Part shown: in pieces, positions 31,709-41,125 of the stretch
Layout: every line of letters starts with the position of its first letter
Position numbering within the stretch: the first letter of the stretch is position 1
NCBI GenBank assembly: GCA_944342015.1
Contig: CALVMC010000003.1
Coordinates: forward strand, 88,708-152,707
Length of the DNA stretch: 64,000 nucleotides
From: an uncultured Clostridia bacterium
Lineage (GTDB): Bacteria > Bacillota > Clostridia > Christensenellales > CALVMC01
Direction: 5' to 3'
The notes under the pieces: model-generated
What the model was told of the DNA's origin: nothing
Database searches by the model: none
The model's input: the letters and a program-made list of their open reading frames with translations, nothing else
Made by a program: the position numbers and the translations under genes

Positions 31709-32938
31709 TTAATTTAATTTATTTAATAAAACGGTAAAAGTCACTGTATCCTCTACGCACGATACTGAAATTTTACCTTTATGTTCTTTGACGATACTTT
31801 CTGCAATTGAAAGCCCCAGGCCGTTACCGCCCATTTCTCTTGACCTCGAACGGTCGACACGGTAAAAACGCTGAAAGATATTTTTTTGTTGTTCCTCTGA
31901 AAGAGGAGTTGCTTTATTGGAAACTTTAAGCTCCGCCTTTTCCTTTGTAGATGAAAGTTTAAGAGTAACGGTACTTTGAGCATACGAGTATTTTAAAGCG
32001 TTGTCAAGAAGAATGACGCAAAGTTGTTTTAATTTTGCACTGCTTCCTGAAACGAAAACATTTTTTTCGATATCGCATTGAAGGGTTTTGTCTTTTTCGT
32101 AATACACGGGTTCGAAAAGCAAAGCTTCGTTTTCGACGCAGTCGCTGAAATTGGTTTTGGTAAGTTCGGATTCTATATTTTCATTGTTATCGGAGCGGGC
32201 AAGAAATAACATATTATTAACAAGTTCGGTAAGTCTTTTGAGTTCGCTTTTTGTATTTTTAATCCAAATCATCTGACTTTCGATTGTTTCGGATTTGTTT
32301 GCTTCGAGAATTTCGGTATTAGCCATAATGACGGTAAGAGGGGTTTTGAGTTCGTGATTGACATCTGCAACAAGTTGTTTTTGTTGAGCCCAGGATTTTT
32401 CGACCGGTTTCAAAGCAAGATTGGACAAGAAGAAACTGATAATAAAAAGCACAACGATACTTAAAATACAAATAATGATACAAGTGTAAATAAGGCTGCT
32501 TAAAGTCTGTTTTTCGGCTTGCCTGTCAAGAAGTACCATAAAAGTGCTTCCTGACGAGCGTTCGATAAGAAAACGAACTTTATCGGAAGAAGAGATTCCC
32601 CTTTCTTCTCCGCTGAGATAACATTCGATTAAAGTATTTTGAAGTTCTTCGTTCTGAATTATGAACTCGTCGCTGAAAATAACGATGGCTTCGTTTTGTT
32701 CGGGAATAATTTTAGCGACGGCTATATCTTTCGGCTGCATAGAATAATTTTCTTTATCGGAAATAAAACTTTCAGCGTACTCGGTAAAGGGCTTTACTGC
32801 CTGATACATACGGGTAATGCTCGAACTTTCCAGATTTTTACTCATAATATTAACAATTACCCCCATAGAAATGCAGATAATTATAAAGATGAGAACCATA
32901 TTTATAGCTATAATCTGAAAGCGCAGTTTTCTCAGCAT
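31709..32938 (-). CDS. Sensor histidine kinase, CiaH-like
   Basis: Two TM helices, LKPVEKSWAQQKQLVADVNHELKTPL H-box, LLDNALKY, FYRVD..RSREMGGNGLGLSIA. Confidence 0.92.
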   Translation of the reverse strand: MLRKLRFQIIAINMVLIFIIICISMGVIVNIMSKNLESSSITRMYQAVKPFTEYAESFISDKENYSMQPKDIAVAKIIPEQNEAIVIFSDEFIIQNEELQNTLIECYLSGEERGISSSDKVRFLIERSSGSTFMVLLDRQAEKQTLSSLIYTCIIICILSIVVLFIISFFLSNLALKPVEKSWAQQKQLVADVNHELKTPLTVIMANTEILEANKSETIESQMIWIKNTKSELKRLTELVNNMLFLARSDNNENIESELTKTNFSDCVENEALLFEPVYYEKDKTLQCDIEKNVFVSGSSAKLKQLCVILLDNALKYSYAQSTVTLKLSSTKEKAELKVSNKATPLSEEQQKNIFQRFYRVDRSRSREMGGNGLGLSIAESIVKEHKGKISVSCVEDTVTFTVLLNKLN

Positions 32939-32940
32939 AA

Positions 32941-33609
32941 CTAAGCCTCTAAAAAATACCCTAATTTTCTTTTAACGCCTATATTGACTTTTGAGCCTAA
33001 ATAGAAGAGTTTTTTTCTGAGAAAGGAAATATAGGCTTCTATGTTGTTGTCGGTAGCTTCGGAATCGAGTCCCCATACTTTTGAAATAATGGTTTCCTTT
33101 TCTATAACCTGTTTAGGATTTGACATTAAGATGCGCATTATTTCGAATTCTTTAAAGCCGAGTCCGACCGTCTTTTCGCCGCAGGAAAGACTGTAATTTT
33201 TTAAATCGAGAATTAGATCGGAAAAAGAAAGAGTATCCATAACAACCGTACCCTGTCTTCTTGTAAGCGCCCTTATTCGTGCAATTAATTCTTCGGTCTG
33301 AAAAGGCTTTGTAAGGTAATCGTCTGCGCCTATATTAAGCCCGTGAATTTTATCCGCAACATCGCTTTTTGCGGTAAGCATTAAAATAGGGGTATTTTTT
33401 CCTTCTTTTCTTATTCTTTTTGCCACTTCGAAGCCGTCAAGTTTGGGAAGCATAATATCGAGAACAATACAGTCATACTCGTCGCTCAAAGCATAATAAA
33501 GACCTGTTTCACCGTCGTTTGCTATATCGTAAAGATATTTCGATTGTTTAAGTAAATGCCCTATTGCCTCGCCGAGCATAACTTCGTCTTCAATTATCAG
33601 TACCTTCAT
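32941..33609 (-). CDS. OmpR-family response regulator, CiaR-like
   Basis: IEDE, LDIMLP, LTAK, GADDYLTKPF; wHTH KEF...VWGLDSEATDNNIEAYISFLRKKL resembles pneumococcal CiaR as I recall it. Confidence 0.9.
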   Translation of the reverse strand: MKVLIIEDEVMLGEAIGHLLKQSKYLYDIANDGETGLYYALSDEYDCIVLDIMLPKLDGFEVAKRIRKEGKNTPILMLTAKSDVADKIHGLNIGADDYLTKPFQTEELIARIRALTRRQGTVVMDTLSFSDLILDLKNYSLSCGEKTVGLGFKEFEIMRILMSNPKQVIEKETIISKVWGLDSEATDNNIEAYISFLRKKLFYLGSKVNIGVKRKLGYFLEA

Positions 33610-33662
33610 TATTTATATCGGATATTAAATCCTATCCTCCGATCGAATTATTTATCATATAT

Positions 33663-33695
33663 AAGATAAAACATTAATCTTAAATTTAGTTTAAA
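33663..33695 (-). promoter_or_regulatory. CiaR-type box and -10 element for the regulator-kinase operon (autoregulation)
   Basis: Minus strand TTTAAA-ctaaa-TTTAAG-N10-TATCTT. Confidence 0.6.
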
Positions 33696-33794
33696 TATTT
33701 ATATTTATATTATATTTTATTTAAAAGATAATTTCAATAAGTTTTTTGTTTTTTAGTAATAACTGAAAATAACCTGAAAAAACTTTTTTTTATT

Positions 33795-33827
33795 TTTAAG
33801 TTTATTTTAAGTTATTGAATTTACAAT
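33795..33827 (+). promoter_or_regulatory. CiaR-type direct-repeat box and -10 element
   Basis: TTTAAG(33795-33800)-tttat-TTTAAG(33806-33811)-N10-TACAAT(33822-33827). Confidence 0.75.
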
Positions 33828-33833
33828 ATAATC

Positions 33834-33918
33834 AAAGATGAAAATCTTTAATAATAACCCCCCCAAAGTTATTATACTCCTTGTAGAAACGGCCTTTTTA
33901 AAAGGCCTTTTCTATTTC
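33834..33918 (+). ncRNA. Candidate csRNA-like small RNA
   Basis: AAAGAT-GAAA-ATCTTT hairpin; ATAATAAC-CCCCCCAAA-GTTATTAT hairpin; unpaired ACTCCTT; terminator-like TAGAAAcGGCCTTT/AAAGGCCtTTTCTA; no plausible ORF. Confidence 0.65.
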
Positions 33919-34098
33919 ATGGAATTTCATCGGTAATTGCTTTTAATCATTAATATTTACTGTACTTTAAAGTTTAATTCCCGGATTATCTTACTGTTTA
34001 AAGTAATGCATTTTATTATTAATCTGAAAATTTAATTTATTAAAAAATTATGAAAAGTATTTATATCACAATATGTAATCAATTAAATATTTTAAAAC

Positions 34099-34127
34099 AA
34101 AAACGGAACCATTAAGGTTCCGTTTTT
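34099..34127 (-). terminator. Intrinsic terminator of lipoprotein A
   Basis: AAAAACGGAACC-ATTAA-GGTTCCGTTTTT. Confidence 0.8.
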
Positions 34128-34144
34128 TTACCGATATAATTTAA

Positions 34145-36415
34145 TTACTCGATAATAGTAATGCCGTCTACTCCGTATATCTGAATATTGTCGCCTGTTA
34201 AAGTGAGTACGGCGATTCCGCCTGCGGAAGTAATAGTTCCTTTTTCATTGCATTTCCAAGTTATAATTTTAACTTCTGTTATTGCACCTTTATCGTTCTT
34301 TTCGGTTATGAGATAATCCATAATTTTAACTTTCTCGCCTGTTGAAAGAGTGAATACTCCGCCAAGTCTTATTTCGGGAACATCTGAGTAAGCAGTTGCA
34401 TACTCTCCGAATTCACCTTCGAAACCGACCGGCACGAGTTTTTCAGTATACTGAACATTACCGAAAGTTATATTTTCAATCGATATTGCCATTTTCTGAC
34501 AACCTGCAAAGAGTATAGAAAATATCTTATCGAAGGAATCCTTGGTTGGATCGGAAGCGCCGAACAAGGTATACAAGGCGTCTTTGAAATTCTTATTTAT
34601 TTCGGTATAATCTATTACTCCGTCGTTATCGGTATCGATAAAATTAATATTTCCCCAAACGGTAGTAATGGTTTTAAGAGTATTGAACAGTATATCTTTA
34701 TAATCGGCCTGTTTAGCGTTCTTCTTTTCGTAAGAACGGAAGGCGGCTTCGATTGCATAATCGGTAAGATCGTAAATGTTTATCTCGGCTTTTGTTTGAA
34801 TTTCTCCGTCGGTTGTATAGAATTCGATTATTGCCTCTTTGTTTTCAAGATCTATATCCTTTGCGTTGAAATAAAGGTAAGAGTCAATATTACCTTCCGA
34901 ATCTTTAAGAAGGAATTCGATAAGACCTTTACCGTCTACTCCGCCGTTTTTAAGGTGAGTCATAACGGCGTTTACTATACCTTCCCATAAAACCGCGCAT
35001 TTTTCTTTATACTCAGCGTCGGTCATGCCGTCGGTTTTTACAACTTTATTCAAGGGATCGAAAGCGTATTCCAATCCTGCCATAAGAGCGCCCATGATAT
35101 CTATATCGACTTTTAATTCGTAGGTATAAATCTCTGCCGTATTTATTTCGCTCGAACTGTTGTATCTTTGAACATTGCCGTTCATTGTTATAGACAGCAT
35201 GTTGTTCGAATCTGCCATAGTATCTGAATAAGTTTCTATGGCGCTTGTAATTTTTGACTGTATTTCGGTATCGACGCTTGCGTTGTAAGAAGCCGTTATA
35301 TTGAATTTATCGAAAAGAAGTTTAGCGGAACCTTTTGTGAAATGGAATTTAACTAATTCCTTACAGCTTAAAATTTCATCGTTCACATCGTCTTTTTCCA
35401 TAGGAACGCCTAAAACTATATCGAAAGTTTCCGCACTGTTAATAAATTCCACAGCAAGATTTTGAAGGTCGCTGTCAGAACCGATTTTGGCAGAAAGAAC
35501 GACGTCTACTCCTTTACATGACGGAAGATTATTGTTTGAAAGTGCGTCCCACTGACCTTTCCCGACCTGAATATAAATACCGGCTTCCTGGAAGTATTCT
35601 TTTAAAGAAGAATAAACATTTTTCCCGTCCACGGTAGGCGAAACGAATCCTAAAAGCGCGCCGCCCATGGTTTTAACCATATTCATAACGCTTTCGAGAT
35701 CTATTGTAATTTTAACATCTTTCGAGCCGTCGGAATTAGTTGTTATGTAAGGATTGGCGGTACTGTTCGGGTCTGCTCCGACCGGGTCTTCACAAAAGCC
35801 TGCAATGGCCGCAATTATAACATCGATATCGAGAGAACTGGTATCGTTTGTGCTTTCGGTTGCAGATGCGTCGTTTAATACTAAATTTGCGATAGCGGAA
35901 ACGGACGCAAAATCGATCCTACCCGTTATATAAGGCTGGTCGCCGAAAATTGTACCGGTAAGACTCTGGTCATTTTTAAGAATAAGGAATAAATCGTTCT
36001 CGTTTTCGCCGTCGTTATAATAGGCGCCGAATACAAGTTTGTTATCGGCAAGAGAATTATTTACGATTTCGAACATTAAAGAAGTATTCTGTCCGCCTGT
36101 TATATCGATATTGCCTTTAAGAACAATAGTATAATTTTCCTTTGTTTCGGTTGCGTCCGTAGGATTATTTGTCCAGTTTGCCGAAAAATCGATATTTATT
36201 ACCTTTTCTTTAATTTGAGAAAACCCGTTGGTAAATTCCGTAACGGCAGAACCTAAAATCAAGTTCAATGCTTCCGTTTTTGCGTTTAACCAGCTCGTAG
36301 TTGTTTGATCGTCATCATCGGGATCTTCCGGCGGGTTACAAGCAATTAACGAAAAAGCAAGAACACATACAAGCACTACTGAAATCAGTATTTTCCAAAA
36401 TTTAAACTTTTTCAT
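34145..36415 (-). CDS. Large acidic lipoprotein of unknown function (paralog A)
   Basis: Start reassigned to ATG 36415 behind a GGGAGG RBS; signal MKKFKFWKILISVVLVCVLAFSLIAC (lipobox); promoter TTGCAA-N17-TAAAAT upstream. Confidence 0.85.
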   Translation of the reverse strand: MKKFKFWKILISVVLVCVLAFSLIACNPPEDPDDDDQTTTSWLNAKTEALNLILGSAVTEFTNGFSQIKEKVINIDFSANWTNNPTDATETKENYTIVLKGNIDITGGQNTSLMFEIVNNSLADNKLVFGAYYNDGENENDLFLILKNDQSLTGTIFGDQPYITGRIDFASVSAIANLVLNDASATESTNDTSSLDIDVIIAAIAGFCEDPVGADPNSTANPYITTNSDGSKDVKITIDLESVMNMVKTMGGALLGFVSPTVDGKNVYSSLKEYFQEAGIYIQVGKGQWDALSNNNLPSCKGVDVVLSAKIGSDSDLQNLAVEFINSAETFDIVLGVPMEKDDVNDEILSCKELVKFHFTKGSAKLLFDKFNITASYNASVDTEIQSKITSAIETYSDTMADSNNMLSITMNGNVQRYNSSSEINTAEIYTYELKVDIDIMGALMAGLEYAFDPLNKVVKTDGMTDAEYKEKCAVLWEGIVNAVMTHLKNGGVDGKGLIEFLLKDSEGNIDSYLYFNAKDIDLENKEAIIEFYTTDGEIQTKAEINIYDLTDYAIEAAFRSYEKKNAKQADYKDILFNTLKTITTVWGNINFIDTDNDGVIDYTEINKNFKDALYTLFGASDPTKDSFDKIFSILFAGCQKMAISIENITFGNVQYTEKLVPVGFEGEFGEYATAYSDVPEIRLGGVFTLSTGEKVKIMDYLITEKNDKGAITEVKIITWKCNEKGTITSAGGIAVLTLTGDNIQIYGVDGITIIE

Positions 36416-36774
36416 AATTCCTCCCATGTCAAGGTTGTTATTGATATCTAAAATTTTATAAAAAATTTATTTATTAAATTTTCTACTAACTAATTTTAGC
36501 ACAACTGAATGTTCATTGCAATACTTTTTATTTTTTTTATTAATATATATATGGAAAATATTGTAAATAGAATATCAAATACACTAAGTAATTTATTGCT
36601 AGTTTTAAGACTTTTAAATTTATTTTTAAAATAATTGAAATTTTTTTATAATTAAATAAGATTTTAATTTTAATTTAAAAGTTTTAACATTAAAAATTAA
36701 AAAGGTTAAAATCGGCACCTTTTTATTAAAATTTTAATTTGAATATGCCGAAATTATTTTTTAACATAACATAA

Positions 36775-36802
36775 AAAAACGGAACCTTTCGGTTCCGTTT
36801 TT
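36775..36802 (-). terminator. Intrinsic terminator of lipoprotein B
   Basis: AAAAACGGAACC-TTTC-GGTTCCGTTTTT; same stem as at 34099. Confidence 0.8.
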
Positions 36803-36821
36803 GCTTAGTGCTAAATGTCGG

Positions 36822-39005
36822 TTAAGCGATAGGCTTGCCGTTAACATCTTTGATTGTGATATCAGTACCTGTGATATCGAATACAACGCATCCTCCGTTA
36901 AGTACTACATTACCTTCTGCATCGCAGGACCAAGCGATAACTTTGGCTTTTGTAATGTTGCTTGAAGCGTCTCTTTGAGTTACGAGATAATCCAATACTT
37001 TAAAGGTTTTGCTGTCAACTTCAACTTTTGCACCTACTTGAATTTCAGATACTGCAAAAGAATCTGTTGAAAGTTCTACTCCGCCCGTAAATCCGCCAAG
37101 GTCGGAAGGAGTGGCCATGAACTGAACATTTCCGAATTTGAATTCTTCGATAGAAACAGACATTTTATCTTTACCGCCGAAGATTGTATCGATAACTACA
37201 TCGATAGAAGCCTTTGTTTCTGCTGTCGGATTGAATATAGCATATAATCCGTCAACGAAAGAACTGTAAACTTCGGTATATTCTACAACGCCGTCATCGT
37301 TGCTGTCAACAAAGTTAACATTGCCCCAAAGACCTGTTACTGCCTTTAATACATTGAATATAACTACTTTATAATCCAAAGTTGTAGTAGCTTTGTCTTC
37401 GCTTGCAAAAGCAGCGGTTGCAGCATATTCGATTACATCGTAAAGGTTCAAAGTCGATTTAACTTTTTGTCCTTCTGCGGTTGTTGTGTATAAGGTGATT
37501 ATCGCTTCTTTATTTGCGGTATTAATATCGGCTGCGTCAAAACAGAAATAAGTGTTGGTAGTAGTTCCGTTACCCATCCAGTATTCTATTTTAGCTTTTC
37601 CGTTGCCGTTATCGTAAAGATAATCGATAACTTCGTCAACTATTTCCATAGTGAGTTCATAGCAAGCTGCATCGTATTGAGCGTCGGTCATGTTGCCTTT
37701 AACGACTTTGTTAGCCATTCCGTATTCGAGACCTGCCCAAACAGCACCTATAACATCGGCATCGATATTGAATTTGTATTCGTAAGTATCGGTAGCGTCA
37801 GCATAATTGCCGTCATATCTCTTAACTTCACCCGAGAAGCTGAATGCAAGCGCATTGCTAGAAGATATATCGCCGAACTCTGTGATTTTGCCGTCGATAG
37901 TACTTGCAATATTAGCGTCTTTCGAAGTTCCTACATTAAGGGTGTCAACAGAAAGTTTTGCGCTGCCAGCGGGGAAATTAAAGTTAAATAATTCTTTGTA
38001 AGTATTTCCGGAAGGTACTCCGAGAACGAAATCGAAAGCAGTGCTGTTTTTGAATTCAACTGCTAAATTCTGTAAATTGCTGCTTGCGTCGATTTTAGCC
38101 GAAAGAACAACATCTACTCCTGTGCATGCAGGAAGATTGTTGTGGGAAAGAGGCTGCCATTCGCCGCCGACTTTGGTGTAAAGTCCTACGGCTTCAAAAT
38201 ATTCGCTTAAAGACTGGTAATCGTTGGTTTTACCGTCGCTGCTCGGTGAAATGAATCCTATGAGCGCACCGCCCATGGTTTTAACCATATTCATAACGCT
38301 TTCAAGGTCGATTGTAATGCTTACGGTTTTAGAACCGTCAGAGTTTGCAGTAATATAAGGATTAACGCCTTCGGTAGGTTCGCCTGCTCCTACGGGATCT
38401 TCACAGAAACCTGCAACAGCCGCAATGATAACATCGAGAGAGCTCATATCGATTGTGCTTTCGGTAGCCGAATTATCGGTGAAAAGGTTAACGATAGAAG
38501 CAAAAGACGGGAAAGATATTCTTCCTGTAAGATAATCTTCACTTCCGAAAATGTTTCCGGTAAGCTTGGGATCGTTTTTGAGTTTAAGGAAGATATCGGA
38601 ACCGTCTTTGTAATAAGCACCGAATACGAGTTTGTTTTCGGTAAGGGAATTGTTTACAACTTCAACCATTAAAGCGGTATCTTCTCCACCCGTGATATCG
38701 ATATTACCTTTAACGCTGAAAGTAAAGTTCTCTGTTGCCGCACTTGCGCCGTTCGGAGTATTTGTCCATGAAGCAGCAAGGTCAAGGCTTATGACCTTGG
38801 TTGTAATGTCGCCGAATCCGCTGACCTTAGTTGCAGCAGAACCTAAAATCAAGTTCAATGCTTCCGTTTTTGCGTTTAACCAGCTCGTAGTTTTTTGATC
38901 GTCATCACCGGGTTCTTCCGGCTGGTTACAAGCAATTAACGAAAAAGCAAGAACACATACTAACAATACTGAAATCAGTATTTTCCAAAATTTAAACTTT
39001 TTCAT
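36822..39005 (-). CDS. Large acidic lipoprotein of unknown function (paralog B)
   Basis: Start reassigned to ATG 39005 behind GGGAGG; lipobox LIAC; collinear similarity to paralog A over the full length. Confidence 0.85.
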   Translation of the reverse strand: MKKFKFWKILISVLLVCVLAFSLIACNQPEEPGDDDQKTTSWLNAKTEALNLILGSAATKVSGFGDITTKVISLDLAASWTNTPNGASAATENFTFSVKGNIDITGGEDTALMVEVVNNSLTENKLVFGAYYKDGSDIFLKLKNDPKLTGNIFGSEDYLTGRISFPSFASIVNLFTDNSATESTIDMSSLDVIIAAVAGFCEDPVGAGEPTEGVNPYITANSDGSKTVSITIDLESVMNMVKTMGGALIGFISPSSDGKTNDYQSLSEYFEAVGLYTKVGGEWQPLSHNNLPACTGVDVVLSAKIDASSNLQNLAVEFKNSTAFDFVLGVPSGNTYKELFNFNFPAGSAKLSVDTLNVGTSKDANIASTIDGKITEFGDISSSNALAFSFSGEVKRYDGNYADATDTYEYKFNIDADVIGAVWAGLEYGMANKVVKGNMTDAQYDAACYELTMEIVDEVIDYLYDNGNGKAKIEYWMGNGTTTNTYFCFDAADINTANKEAIITLYTTTAEGQKVKSTLNLYDVIEYAATAAFASEDKATTTLDYKVVIFNVLKAVTGLWGNVNFVDSNDDGVVEYTEVYSSFVDGLYAIFNPTAETKASIDVVIDTIFGGKDKMSVSIEEFKFGNVQFMATPSDLGGFTGGVELSTDSFAVSEIQVGAKVEVDSKTFKVLDYLVTQRDASSNITKAKVIAWSCDAEGNVVLNGGCVVFDITGTDITIKDVNGKPIA

Positions 39006-39037
39006 AATTCCTCCCATTTGTAATTTAATACGAATAA

Positions 39038-39066
39038 ATTTTAACATATATGTTTTTTACTTGCAA
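39038..39066 (-). promoter_or_regulatory. Sigma-A promoter of lipoprotein B
   Basis: TTGCAA-N17-TAAAAT with TGn; identical hexamers precede paralog A. Confidence 0.65.
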
Positions 39067-39092
39067 CAAATTTTAAAAATTTTTACTGTTTT

Positions 39093-39109
39093 TTTAAGGA
39101 TTTTTTAAG
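39093..39109 (+). promoter_or_regulatory. CiaR-type box upstream of lipoprotein B, opposite orientation to the gene
   Basis: TTTAAG-gattt-TTTAAG exact match. Confidence 0.5.
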
Positions 39110-39412
39110 TAAAATCCTGTAAAAAACAAAATTAAACATATTTTGACTCTTTTTTATTTATAATGAAAATTTAAATATATAAATATTTATTTTTAAAACC
39201 TAATTAAAGAGTCGTTTAACCGATTTTACGGTTATTTATAAAAATTGATTATTTATAGTATAAATTACGCAAATTACCGGTGTTTTCGTAAAAGCAATTT
39301 AAACATTAATTTATCTGTCCCTTATGAGAAAACACTTATTTTGATTTTCTTTTAATTTAAAAGAAATGATTTATTCCGATTAAGCGTTCACGGTTTTTCC
39401 TTAGTTTAGTTT

Positions 39413-40918
39413 TTAAAGAGAAAGGGTTTTCCCGGTTTTTGCGTCCTGATACATAATCCAGTAACCTTCTTTTTCGGGCTGATTTTTGTCGGCGGGAAAC
39501 CAGCTGCAAAGCGAGGAAATATCGGTAGGCGGAATTACCGATTTGTGTGCCGGTATTCCGTAACAGATATAGTCGGGATTTTTACCCACTATTCCTACAA
39601 CATAGTACTCTTTGTCCTTAAACTCGATTTTTACCCATTTGGAATCGGGAATATTTTTTTCGAGAATTTCTTCCTTCGGGTAGCAAACGAACAGTTCGTC
39701 TATCTGAGGCTTTACGGCGTCATAAAAGGTTTTATCCGAACCGATAAGTCCGCTTTTTTTGGCTTTCAAAAAAATATCGGCGTTTGCTTCTATGCTCTCT
39801 GCCACGCTTAATTCGTTATCCTTTTTTTGGTTGTCATCCATATCACTGTTCCCTCCGCTGTCTTTACTGAAAAAATTTTCCTGTCTTGTCATAGGCTCGG
39901 CTTTAAAAAACTCGTTGACCGCATTTCTGTATTCTTTGTCCTTTGCGTTTATAAGATAGGCTCTTTCGAGTTCGATTTTTTTTATTATGTTGGTAATTTT
40001 TAAATCGGCGTCAAAATATTCGTTATGACAATATGCATTGCAGTTATTTGAAAAATCTTTTTCCCCGCATTCCGTATAGGCTTGATTTTCCTTATTTTGA
40101 TTTTCTTTATAGTCAGAAGTATTCGATTCATTGTTCTCGGGTATTTTTTCAGTTTTGTTTGCAGCTTCTTCGCTTATTCTGTCTTGGAATCCGCTTTCCT
40201 GAAACCCGATTTCATTTTCCTTAATATCACTGTCGTATTTATCACTGCCATTATTAAAGGTAAAGTCTGCTGTCGGACTTTCCTTTTCCTCTTCAAATTC
40301 CTCTTTTAATTGCTTTTGAAATACGCCGTCCTCTTCCCTTTCCCTATCGGTATTAATTTCCTTATCTGTATTAAGTTCATTATCGGTATTAAATTCATTA
40401 TCTGTATTAAGTTCCCTATCTGTATTAAGTTCCCTATCGGTATTAAGTTCCCTATCGGTATTAAGTTCCCTGTTTTCAGCAAGGTATGTTGATTCTTTAC
40501 TTTCAAAAGGAATATCCGTGCCGACTTCGGTTTCATTTTCCGTGATAGTTTTTTCAAACGAAAAAGACTCTGTCTGCTCTTTCGGGAAAATTGCACTTTG
40601 ACTTTTAAGATAAAGTTCGGTTATTTTTGCCGTTCTGTACGGATTTCCTTTTCTGCCTAAACAACCGTAATATACGGGACTTGTGCTAGAATCGAATAAA
40701 ACGCATTCCAGACCTTCTTTTAAAATATCTTCTTTAACGGATATTTGTTTGTTTTTGTCGGAAGAAAAAATCCGCCCGTCGTTTATTACGGAAAAACTTT
40801 CATAATCTTTATCGCAGTAAACGGTGAGCCTGCCGTTAAAACTCCTGATTTTTCCCGTTCCGCATTCTTTTCCGTCCTTAACGGTAAAAAATTTTATGTT
40901 TTTTTCTGTAAGCTTCAT
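39413..40918 (-). CDS. Hypothetical acidic protein with hexapeptide repeats, likely sporulation-associated
   Basis: 501-aa ORF with GAGGTG RBS, disordered acidic middle and compact C-terminal domain; sigma-E-like TCATATC-N14-CATAAATT upstream. Confidence 0.7.
   Translation of the reverse strand: MKLTEKNIKFFTVKDGKECGTGKIRSFNGRLTVYCDKDYESFSVINDGRIFSSDKNKQISVKEDILKEGLECVLFDSSTSPVYYGCLGRKGNPYRTAKITELYLKSQSAIFPKEQTESFSFEKTITENETEVGTDIPFESKESTYLAENRELNTDRELNTDRELNTDRELNTDNEFNTDNELNTDKEINTDREREEDGVFQKQLKEEFEEEKESPTADFTFNNGSDKYDSDIKENEIGFQESGFQDRISEEAANKTEKIPENNESNTSDYKENQNKENQAYTECGEKDFSNNCNAYCHNEYFDADLKITNIIKKIELERAYLINAKDKEYRNAVNEFFKAEPMTRQENFFSKDSGGNSDMDDNQKKDNELSVAESIEANADIFLKAKKSGLIGSDKTFYDAVKPQIDELFVCYPKEEILEKNIPDSKWVKIEFKDKEYYVVGIVGKNPDYICYGIPAHKSVIPPTDISSLCSWFPADKNQPEKEGYWIMYQDAKTGKTLSL
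40340..40471. repeat. In-frame 18-bp tandem repeat, about 7 units (RELNTD)
   Basis: Unit TTCCCTATCGGTATTAAG and variants. Confidence 0.9.
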
Positions 40919-41125
40919 AAAACACCTCTTTTAAATTTATGCTTTTAAAAACCGTGATATGAGAAAATCGTAAAGGTAAAAAGTTGTGTTTAGTTTTTTT
41001 AATAAATACTTAAATTGTAAAAAGCATATCTTAAAATGTTTATTCTTTTGCGTTTTAAGAAAATTTTTAGGAATCATTATTAAAATACTTGAATTGTTTA
41101 TTACATTGTGTTAATATATTTATAA

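Noticed and set aside
40340-40471. 18-bp repeat as a possible CRISPR or iteron array
   Set aside because: Units are contiguous, in frame inside a CDS, without unique spacers, and no cas or rep genes are nearby
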